The notes beneath the pieces are model-generated. The model was not told the origin of the DNA, did no database searches, and saw only the letters and a program-made list of their open reading frames with translations. Positions 53,405-64,000 of a stretch of 64,000 nt of DNA are shown here, in pieces. The position numbers were made by a program, and so were the translations under genes. The stretch spans positions 154,566,001 through 154,630,000 of the forward strand of contig OZ024742.1 of the NCBI GenBank assembly GCA_964016885.1, given 5' to 3'. Numbering within the stretch: the first letter of the stretch is position 1; every line of letters begins with the position of its first letter. This DNA comes from Eledone cirrhosa (lineage: Eukaryota).

Positions 53405-53680
53405 TTGTACGTATGGGTTTACCGAAGATTTATTATAATGCTCGATATTTTTGTAAACAAACATCCCGAATTATTAGCCGTACAGTGTTCGGCAACCATC
53501 GTTGCCATTTTGTTCAACACTGACAAAGGAACGATGAACTAGTTTCCAGCTTATTAGCTGTCATCAGCACCATAAAACTTCCTGTCAGTCGATTGAACGT
53601 TCGAAAGTATTTACCTTCCTTATGTATATTAACGGCAGCCTAATTTGCATATCGACTGAGTTAGTCGGCCGGGTGTACCG
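53405..53680. repeat. Inverted paralogue of 8361-8640; motif-rich non-coding block
   Basis: Colinear similarity over about 280 bp. Contains TGTAAACAAACA, ACTTCCTGTCAG, ATTTGCAT and two small hairpins. Confidence 0.75.
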
Positions 53681-53929
53681 AAAATAATAAATGGTAAAAA
53701 ATGAAATTTCATTTCTCATTGTTGGTACGGCTGATACTTAAATATAAGTATGTATACAGACGTACACTAGTATGTATATACATACATACATGCAGACATA
53801 TATATGCACACATACATAAATGCACACACATATATATATATATATGTACGTATGGGATAATTATATTTAAATATCAGCCGTACTAAGAGTGATACATAAA
53901 ACTTCATTGTTTCCATTTACATATATATA

Positions 53930-54018
<89 letters not shown>

Positions 54019-54047
54019 ATATATAGATATATATATATATAAACATG

Positions 54048-54205
<158 letters not shown>

Positions 54206-54237
54206 CATGTTTATATATATATATATATATATATATG

Positions 54238-54383
<146 letters not shown>

Positions 54384-54601
54384 ATGTATATATACTTATA
54401 TGTATATATATATATTTTTTAAAATAACATATTACAGTTTAAGCAAATAATAGCTTCTTTCGTTAAGGGTGAAAGCACCGATTTTTGCTTAATCTTTAAT
54501 CTGTTATTTTAATAAATATTTGCTCTACGGTTCTTATATATTTGATATATATTTATCCTTATCGAGCCCTCTTTGAATTTTAGTGTTCAAAATATTATTA
54601 T

Positions 54602-54645
<44 letters not shown>

Positions 54646-55123
54646 ACGGAGAAAGAGACGATTATTAGGAAGAAAAATATACATTTTTCCTATATTGTTT
54701 CTCTCTCTCTCTTTTCTGGGTTAGAAAATGATTAAAAGGAAATGTTTTACTTTGTGTGAAGTGTTAAGGTTGTTTCATTTATTATTTAGCAATGGCATTT
54801 ATTAATCTATTTATATATTTAATTATTGTATATTACCGGTTTCAGCATTTTTATGCGTTATCAAATGATAGTGAAATGTATTAGTGTGGTGTCGCACATG
54901 TTAAACAGAAGGTGCAGAAAAAATAATGTTATTTACAAACAAAGTTTATGGAGTGAAAAGAAAAAAGGAAAAGGAAAAAAAAAACGTGCATAATGTAGAG
55001 CACAAAATGTCAATGTGGAAGAAAAAAAAAAGTTATTTACAAGCATAGTCATTGAAGTTAAGCAGATCAAAATGTGTTAATATACCAAGAGTGCTTAGTT
55101 GGTCCATGATTCTATGATGGAGG

Positions 55124-55200
<77 letters not shown>

Positions 55201-55203
<3 letters not shown>

Positions 55204-55344
55204 AAAAGAGTCAGGACCCGGACCTCTGAGCTCCGGCCGTTTCGACAGCTAGATCCGAACAGCTTTTCTACTCGCCCTTCTCCTTTAGGTATTGAGAACT
55301 TTTGTGCGTTAAGTTCCACCTGGTATTTTACCACACCCTCCTTG

Positions 55345-55347
<3 letters not shown>
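55201..55347. mobile_element. Short (TA)n-flanked repeat family, copy 4 (diverged)
   Basis: GAGCTCCGGCCGTTTCGACAGCTA (reverse complement of the family hairpin) plus the tail TAGGTATTGAGAACT..TCCACCTGGT..TTACCACA. Confidence 0.65.
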
Positions 55348-55400
<53 letters not shown>

Positions 55401-55456
55401 TAATAAAAACAATGAATAAAAACAAAGAAACAGTTCCTTATATTTAAAAAAAATCA

Positions 55457-55588
55457 TCATTTTGCGATCGTTTCTAGGATATATATGTGTGTGTTGGTAT
55501 GTATATCATATAGATCTATGTAAACATTTTACAAACAATCAGAGGGAATATACATATATACATATATATATGCTGTCTTCAGAAATAA
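55457..55588 (-). ncRNA. Type I hammerhead motif with an expanded stem II and a mutated cleavage dinucleotide
   Basis: Minus strand reads TTATTT-[CTGAAGA]-about 100 nt stem II region-[GAAA]-CGATCG-[CA]-AAATGA. Confidence 0.55.
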
Positions 55589-55789
55589 TTATTTCTTTAT
55601 TTTTATTCATTGTTTTTATTAATTTATCTTGACTCTGTTTTCCTCTGATTTTCATCGAAAAAATGTTTGAATACATCTTCTCTTTTCGTGATATTTGGAT
55701 TACATTGAGTTCTTCATACGGATTGGACACTACCGTATATTTTGGTAGATTTATCTACACACATATATATATATATATATATATATGTA

Positions 55790-58005
55790 GATAAATCGCA
55801 GATTTATAGCCCTATTGTGGTCCTATATAACCCTCATGATAGTGACCGCTCCGCACACCAAATTGGCACCAACCGAGCTCGACCTGAGCTGTGCACAACC
55901 ACGCGATGGCCCACAGCGAACACCCAACAACCCCGCAAGAATAGGACCAGGAATGTCACATGGTATAACCCTCCGTACTCGGTGTGTCTACATACCAGAC
56001 TGGCTAGAACATTCTTTAGAGTACTAGATATATGTTTCCCTAGGTTCCCTAGGACCCATAAGTACCATAAAATATTCAACAGGCACACGGTGAAACTTTC
56101 CTATTCAACCACACGCTCCGTAGCCCAGCACATAGCTGGCATAAATAGGAATAGGTTCACTGCCTCTAATACCACCGTAAACCCCGGAGCCACCCAACAG
56201 AACCAGCACACAGGACGCATCGAAACCCAGACAGGCCCAACTAGCACACCAGAACTCAACGACCCTGTGCTAATTGCGGAGGCTACCCAGCCAACCCCGA
56301 GCGATGCTAACCACGCGGTACATGTGGTGGGGCTTAAGAAGTCATGTAATTGCAGAGACCCGTCGCTATGCCCCCTTTGTAATGAATGCATAACAAAAAA
56401 CGTGGTCTACAGGTGCAAGGTCACAACCACTAACGCGGAGCACCACTACATAGGATCCACAGCGACGAGCTTCAAAGTTCGGTTGTATAACCATCGCCAT
56501 TCCTTTAACAGAATAGATAAGAGGAAATGTACGGCCTTTTCTGAACTGATCTGGAAGCTCAAACATGAAAGACTCCGCACTCTCTGGTCTGGTCCGACGT
56601 TAGAAAGGTTCCCCCAGACAGACGCAGGTCTGGTATTTGCAAACTCTGTCATAGTGAGACACTCGAGATTCTTCATGGCGGAACCAAGCTATTAAACAGA
56701 AGGACCGATTTATTTGGTGCCTCCAGACACCTAAGGACAGGAACTTTCTTCAAGCTATATGGATGAACCCGGGGTACGGACTCCCACAAGCCCCCCGCTG
56801 TAGGTATCCTACACCCCGTACCAATGACCAATGGACAACAACAACCACCCATGGTTTGCAGTCCTTATGCGGATGGTCCACCGGATCCTCTACTGGTTAG
56901 GAGTCATCTAAACAATGTTTTATTGAACCTGATTTTATATATATGTGTATATATGTATCATGTGTATATATGTGTATTTTATATGTGTATGTATGCGTAT
57001 GTTTTATATATGTGTGCGTATCTGTATGCATATATTTTATATATATATATGTGAGTATGTGTGTGTGTATTTATATATATATATATATATGTGTGTGTTT
57101 TACGTGTGTATATATGTGTGTGTGTGTATTATATGTATATATATATATTTTTATAATTTTGTATGTATATATTTTATATATATGTATGTTCTGTGTATAT
57201 ATATATGTGTGTGTATACTTGTGCGTACATGCATGCATGCATGCATATGTTTATATAGACACCTGTATGGATTTGTGTGTGTAGATGTGTCAGTGTTTGA
57301 AGGGGTAGGCGTGAGTGTATGTACAAGTGAACCAGCATAAACCCTTTATTTCTAAATTTTCTAAACTATCTAAGTATTGAACTCTAACGATTATATTAAG
57401 TATTGCCACCCCACTTTTTGTATGTGTGGAAGTGTGTGTGTGTATGTGGAGGTGGGTGTGAGTGTAGTGCAAACCAACATACAGAAGCCTTTTATTTGTA
57501 AACTTTCTACTCCAACCATAATTTTCAGTAGCACCACTCGACATGCATTCTCAATTTATAAATGACCTGTAGTATCTATTTCATACTATTAACCTTATTT
57601 AAACATATATCTGACCAAGAATGCCTTTTGTGAAAATCAGTCATGTGGAACTATTGTCATCTTGCCTGACGGTTTGAACCTTACAGAACCACCTGCCTCT
57701 TTGAGGTCAAATACCAACCTACTACTATCTACAAACTGACCAATGAGAATCAAGACTATTCCTGATGACAACATCAAAATATTCCTAACATCTCATATGT
57801 CCAAAGTCTCTGATACCATCAACACTATACACACAGAGCTGGCATATCTAAGAACTGACTAACTGCCTGATGAGGTCATAGCCATTCAATGGCTATCATC
57901 GAAATATATATAGCAGTAAATCAAGGATTGTGAGTTCATGCAATTGACTTATGTTTCGTCACTATATATATATATGTGTGTAGATATGTAGATTTATCTA
58001 CATAT
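55790..58005 (+). mobile_element. 5'-truncated PLE (CxC..CPL..C linker type) with a long 3' region ending in an HHR
   Basis: RNVTWYNPPYS, HKYHKIFNRHTVKLSYS, CNCRDPSLCPLCNEC, NVVYRC..YIGST..FK.R..NH. After a frameshift near 56570 the frame continues LVW..CKLC.SE..LLNRR to a stop at about 56766. GTAGATTTATCTAC motifs occur near both ends. The link between the ORF and the distal HHR is inferred. Confidence 0.8.
57862..57917 (+). ncRNA. Type I hammerhead ribozyme motif
   Basis: ACTGC-[CTGATGA]-G..ATAGCCATT/AATGGCTAT..C-[GAAA]-TATATA-[TA]-GCAGT. Confidence 0.88.
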
Positions 58006-58036
58006 ATATATATATATCTGTTATTTTAATCTGTTA

Positions 58037-58099
<63 letters not shown>

Positions 58100-58179
58100 G
58101 CGATAATGAGGGACAGAGACCGCTGGAGAGAACTCGTCCATGGATCTCGGGAATTTTACCCGCCTTAGATAGATAGATA

Positions 58180-58305
58180 TATGCGCAGTGTGACAAGAAG
58201 CTAGCTTCCCAACCACATGTTTCCGGGTTCAATCACGCTGCCGGGGCTGACCAAAACCCTGTGAGTGGATTTGATAGACAGAAAGTAAACGAGGCGCGTC
58301 GTATA
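58180..58305 (+). mobile_element. Internally deleted tRNA-derived SINE (second family)
   Basis: AAGAAGCT.GCTTCCCAACCACATG.TTCCGGGTTCAATC (B box), then GACCAAA.CC.TGTGAGTGGATTTG.TAGAC.GAAA...CGTCGTATATA. Confidence 0.7.
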
Positions 58306-58316
58306 TACATACATAC

Positions 58317-58419
<103 letters not shown>

Positions 58420-58926
58420 TATATATATATACATATATGTATATATATGTATATAAGTATATGTATATATATATGTGTGTGTATATATATGTGTATATAT
58501 GTATATGTATATATATAAATATATGTACACATATTTGTGTGTTTGTTGAGTGAATGTGGACACCTGACCATTTTGGCAGACTTCACCAATGAATAGCCAT
58601 GCTTTGCTTGAAATAAACGAACCATATAAATCAGGAGTGCTCAAAGTGGGAATTTGTCTGTAGGTATTTAGCTTGCAATTTTTTATGGTTTTGTTACTCT
58701 AAATATAGGTTTTCAAGAATTCCCTTTTCTTGAAATCCATGAATCAATGACCTCCACCCATCCACATCACCACCCTCTCCTACCCCCAGAAAATGAATAA
58801 ATACCACCATATTACTTCGACAGTTGGCTTCCTGGTGATTTCTCCTGAATGAAACAGTTCTAGTCCTGTAGAGTCCATTTCTATATCATATATATATATA
58901 TATATATATGTGTGCGTGTGTGTGTA

Positions 58927-59049
<123 letters not shown>

Positions 59050-59066
59050 GTGTGTGTGTATGTGGT

Positions 59067-59250
59067 CATCATCATCATCATTTAGTATCCATTGTTCCAA
59101 GCTTTCATGGGTTAGAGGGGTTGTCTTACTTGGCAGACAAGTCTAGCCAGATTTGGTCACACCGTATCAAGAAGGACTTTAAATTTGGTCATAAATGTTA
59201 CAGCTGGATACCATTCCTAACACCATCCACATTTACAGTGTGGAACTAGA
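59067..59250 (-). mobile_element. SINE-like repeat related to 38688-38990
   Basis: (CAT)n start and TACAGCTGGATACCATTCCTAACACCATCCACATTTACAGTGTGG shared with 38821-38865. Confidence 0.6.
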
Positions 59251-59500
59251 TGGCACCATTATGAAGAGGGACAGGCCAGTTGGTTGCTCTGAACCCATCT
59301 CACAGCATAGCTAGGCCTGGTACTGGATGGCACTGTATAAGGAGGGACAGGCCAAACCCATCTCACAACGTAACTGTAGTTTCGGGGCTCGGTACTGGAT
59401 GACATCGCTGTGAAGAGGAACAGGTGTGAACCACAATTCGGAAGCCTAGTGCTGGATGGCACAACTATGCGGAGATACAGGCCAGTTGGCTGTACCAAAT
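59243..59500 (+). repeat. Degenerate tandem array, four units of 57-77 bp
   Basis: G.(A/G)CT.GATG(G/A)CA..N8-10..GAG..ACAGG recurs at about 59243, 59320, 59392 and 59449. Confidence 0.7.
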
Positions 59501-59964
59501 CCTTCACACAGCGGACACTCAGCTCAGGTATTGCATGCATCGAGAAGGGATGGGCTCTGCTAAGTTTAAAGTACTCAAGACGTGCACCCCTACAACTCCA
59601 TCAGGAGTTCAGGTCCATACATACATGCAGTTTGTTGTTTATTTGAATATTTCTTTTATTGTTTATTCTACTACTTCGTACATGTTCCAAATACGGTACA
59701 ATAGCTATATGGAAGATTAATGAACAGAATACAGATATGTACAATGCATTGCCTCCCCGCTACTCCCATATTTCAACAGAATGTATCAAAAGATGTGGCT
59801 CCGCTGAGAAAATCCGCTCATTTGCTTACTGTAAAGGACGGCAGGTAATTTTCCTCCTCCCCCTTCATTTATATTTACATAGAGAACTTTATGAAGACAT
59901 CATTTCTACATCTATCTCATTGTTTCATCATCATCGTTTAATGTTCATTTTCCATGCTAGGTTA

Positions 59965-60001
<37 letters not shown>

Positions 60002-60024
60002 CTTTCTCTCTCTCTGTCTCCCTA

Positions 60025-60114
<90 letters not shown>

Positions 60115-60162
60115 AAATTTATTCAGTCTAAAATACGGTGAAAGCTTATCATTTCTAATTTC

Positions 60163-60208
<46 letters not shown>

Positions 60209-60360
60209 GTTGTTATTTGACGTTGTTGAAAAGAGCAGTAGCCTTTTACCCGGCAAAATTCTTTATGTACCAAAAACAAGACACACACAGACACACACAG
60301 ACACACACAGACACACACACACATGTTTGTGTGTGTGTGTGTGTCTCTCTGTGCGTGTGT

Positions 60361-60475
<115 letters not shown>

Positions 60476-60500
60476 CGTGTGTATGTATGTGTGTATCTCG

Positions 60501-60533
<33 letters not shown>

Positions 60534-61372
60534 ATGGATACAGATATTGTTTGCTCACTGTCACTAAGTTTTTGATCGAGGCATTTTATTTTGCAAGGTA
60601 CTATTTTCCCCTTGAGTTTGTGATTCCAGAGAAAGGTAAGAAATTCTTCATATTTCGCATCTTTTGTATTTTGACTTTACGGTTTGAATTGTAGAATTGT
60701 CTATCCACTCAAAATATTACAACAACTAACAGTGAAATATAGAATTTGAAAAAAGCTTTTTCGAATGAGATCAAATCTTTGAGAAAATTCACGTATTTTT
60801 TTCAAAAATATACGATTTTATAGAGATTTCTTTTGTTTTGGACTGAAACTTTTTTGTATTTAATTCGTACGTGTATTTTTTAAAGATTTTTTAAATATTC
60901 TAACATAACTTGATTAGGCCCAGTAATCTACTGATATCAAAATCAGTAGTATATTGAAAAATGGAAAAATAGGGTAGGAGCGTTTCGTGATTTGGAGGAG
61001 CACAATTGGTCGTGTGGCCGAAATGAGTTGAGGTCCTTTAGTCTACACAATTGATTGCTATAAACTTAGAAATTCGAAGAAAATACCCCTACATACGTAA
61101 AAATCAGCAGTATAATTTGCTTAGTATTGAAGTCTGTACGACAAAAGTTCCGGCTGTGCTTTATCAGGAATTTGACGCGTAGCGATTTCCATCCTCTATA
61201 CCGGATTCTGACAAATTTTTCGGCAATACAGGGAATTTACCTGATTTTCTAAGCTATTATTTTTAAAGAAACAACATTTGTTTACAGTTCTACTTCTGCT
61301 TTCGGGATTATCTCAATTTACTATATTCTTCAACTCAATCAAAGTTGAATTACACACACTGACACGTACACA

Positions 61373-61443
<71 letters not shown>

Positions 61444-61580
61444 ATTAGAATACTGGAGCGTGTTTGAGTCAAACACCCTCTTCGTATTATAGAAATGACA
61501 GTAATGGGTATAGCTCAATGCAGTTAAACAGAGCCAACAAATTAAGAGAGTAAAACAAAGAATCCTTTAATACATCAAAA

Positions 61581-61637
61581 GTTTTTATTAGCCGACAATG
61601 TTTCGTCCTATTAAGGACTCATCAGGGCAATCAAAAC
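61581..61637 (-). ncRNA. Minimal type I hammerhead ribozyme motif (inverted copy)
   Basis: Reverse complement of 63931-63987 with minor differences in distal stem I. Confidence 0.88.
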
Positions 61638-61902
61638 AACAAGAGGTAATATCGGCAGATACAAGCCAGAAACTCTGAAGAATATGGAGTGTACATACAC
61701 TCATGTCTTACAAAAATATATTATAATAAAAATGAAAATAAAGATAAAAATAATAAAAATATATAATAAGAATAACTAAGGATGTAGATAACATTAAGAA
61801 CCATATTACAAATATAGTCCAAAGCAACCAACCTAAATCTAAACAAATTTGGTTATATAGAGCAGGAATTATATATAACACAATATAATACATTATAATA
61901 AT

Positions 61903-62087
61903 TGTTTCTACTTTAGGCACAAGGCCAGCAATTACCCAGTGCATTACTGGCACTTTATTTTATCGACCCCGTAAGGATGAAAGGCAAAGTGAACCTCGGC
62001 GGGATTTGAACTCAGATCGTAAAGGGACGTAACTATGCTGGAAAGCATGGCGTCCGACCCTCTACCGATACTGCCAATCCACCGCCT
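61903..62087 (-). mobile_element. Full-length tRNA-derived SINE inserted in the left arm only
   Basis: Reverse complement of the 3515-3705 family and absent from the right arm. ATTATAATAAT on both sides (61892-61902 and 62094-62104) is a probable TSD. Confidence 0.9.
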
Positions 62088-63507
62088 TTATATATTATAA
62101 TAATAATATAATTTTACCAACATTAACATTCCAAATTAAAAATCAAAAGGTACAATATATACATGTATATATGTGCGCACACAAACACACACACAACAAC
62201 ACACACATCTATGTTCGACCACATAAAAATTAAGCCCTATTAGAGGTTTGAATATTAAAAATAAGCATGATAAGAGTGAAAATAATACTAATACATCTAC
62301 CCAATATACATGAGGCAATAATATGATATAATTACAAGAAACACATATAACAAATAATAAACAACAAAATTATATAATTCAATATAATATAATAAAATAG
62401 ATAATCCCCGGTTAATTTACAGAAACAATATGCCACTTCGCACCCTCCATATATTTCGTCAATTCTGTCCCCATTAGCCTACCTTAATTCTACTTAAGTC
62501 AGTTTTTTTAGATATCGTTGCGTATATGATAGTATAATTTTCATTCCTTTTTGTAAACATTTGTAACGATACATTAGAAGTTTATATACTTTAATGACTT
62601 AAACTACAGCTAATATTATACTACCTTATTGGACGGGTTCGATATTTTTAATATTAATTTATCAAATAGGGTTTGGAGTCAATTAAAATGATTGCTTTCC
62701 TTAGTGTTTACCTAATTTCTTAAATGCACGCGAGGCCTAAATGTGTATACATTTGCTTTTGTTTTGTAATTTCCGGTTGATTGTATTTATTTGTTTTATT
62801 CTATATTCTATTTACTATTCACTGTCTGGCTTCGCTCACTCATCCACATATGTCTGTCTACTAACCTTGTAATTATAAGTATTTATATATTTTATGCCAA
62901 TTTTATAATATATTATATTATATTGTATGTAATATTGATCCTTATTACTTACTGTTCATTATATATAACATTATGATATTTAAACTTTATATATCATGTA
63001 AGATGTCTGGATTTTTGTAATATTGTAATATGTAACATTATGATATTTAGACTTTACATATCATGTTAGATGTCAGTATATTTTTTTCTGTAACATCATA
63101 TTTTTTTCTGTAACATCATAATTTTTCCCTGTACCATTATAGTTTTTTTGAGTATTATATAATTTATATTTCCTCATTTATTCTGTAACCCAGTATGAAT
63201 CAATTTGTATATATTATTTATGGTACATGTTAATACAATGTTAACGTTTTATCATTGTATTTGATTGTGACATCTATATTGTTTCTGTAAATTAACCGGG
63301 GATTATCTATTTTATTATATTATATTGAATTATATAATTTTGTTGTTTATTATTTGTTATATGTGTTACTTGTAATTATATCATATTATTGCCTCATGTA
63401 TATTGGGTAGATGTATTAGTATTATTTTCACTCTTATCATGCTTATTTTTAATATTCAAACTTCTAATAGGGCTTAATTTTTATGTGGTCGAACATAGAT
63501 GTGTGTG

Positions 63508-63596
<89 letters not shown>

Positions 63597-63930
63597 CATA
63601 TATACATGTATATATTGTACCTTTTGATTTTTAATTTGGAATTTTAATGTTGGTAAAAGTATATTATTATTATAATGTATTATATTGTGTTATATATAAT
63701 TCCTGCTCTATATAACCAAATTTGTTTAGATTTAGGTTGGTTGCTTTGGACTATATTTGTAATATGGTTCTTAATGTTATCTACATCCTTAGTTATTCTT
63801 ATTATATATTTTTATTATTTTTATCTTTATTTTCATTTTTATTATCATATATTTTTGTAAGACATTAGTGTATGTACACTCCATATTCTTCAGAGTTTCT
63901 GGCTTGTATCTGCCGATATTACCTCTTGTT

Positions 63931-63987
63931 GTTTTTATTGCCCTGATGAGTCCTTAATAGGACGAAACATTGTCGGCTAATAAAAAC
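63931..63987 (+). ncRNA. Minimal type I hammerhead ribozyme motif
   Basis: GTTTTTATTGCC-[CTGATGA]-GTCC-TTAATA-GGAC-[GAAA]-CATTG-[TC]-GGCTAATAAAAAC. Confidence 0.9.
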
Positions 63988-64000
63988 TTTTGATGTATTA

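Larger units (their letters stand above)
61441..64000. mobile_element. PLE-type insertion with long inverted HHR-bearing arms and no recognisable ORF; the right arm runs off the window
   Basis: 61568-62431 (minus the SINE) is the reverse complement of 63276-64000. (TA)n at the left end. Confidence 0.85.

Noticed and set aside
59243-59500. CRISPR-like repeat/spacer appearance
   Set aside because: Repeats are degenerate, spacers are related to each other, there are no cas genes, and the context is eukaryotic.
60560-61340. Possible non-autonomous DNA transposon
   Set aside because: No terminal inverted repeats or second copy could be identified within the window.

Overview
This is AT-rich eukaryotic repeat DNA, most consistent with an octopus or other cephalopod genome (inferred from the SINE types and microsatellite load). 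No intact host gene is recognisable, and most short ORFs in the track are translations of (TA)n, (CA)n, (TAA)n and (GAA)n tracts. The window is a nest of retroelements anchored in microsatellites. It holds a young Penelope-like element (PLE) with an uninterrupted 1045-codon RT + GIY-YIG frame and a 1.4 kb inverted copy of its own 3' end, plus at least three decayed PLEs of a second type. It also holds a near full-length Tx1/L1-clade LINE and an R4/Dong-clade LINE that share (TAA)n sites, a 5'-truncated CR1/L2-type LINE and several tRNA-derived SINEs. Fainter relics of RTE, MULE and Helitron elements and a possible intronless ADAM-like pseudogene are also visible. The most notable signal is about 14 minimal type I hammerhead ribozyme (HHR) motifs. 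Most sit in tail-out inverted pairs bounded by (TA)n, several are in fully non-coding palindromic mini-elements, and two families carry non-canonical cores (U3-A8 and C4). All alignments, translations and folds were done by eye, so coordinates may be off by a few bases.
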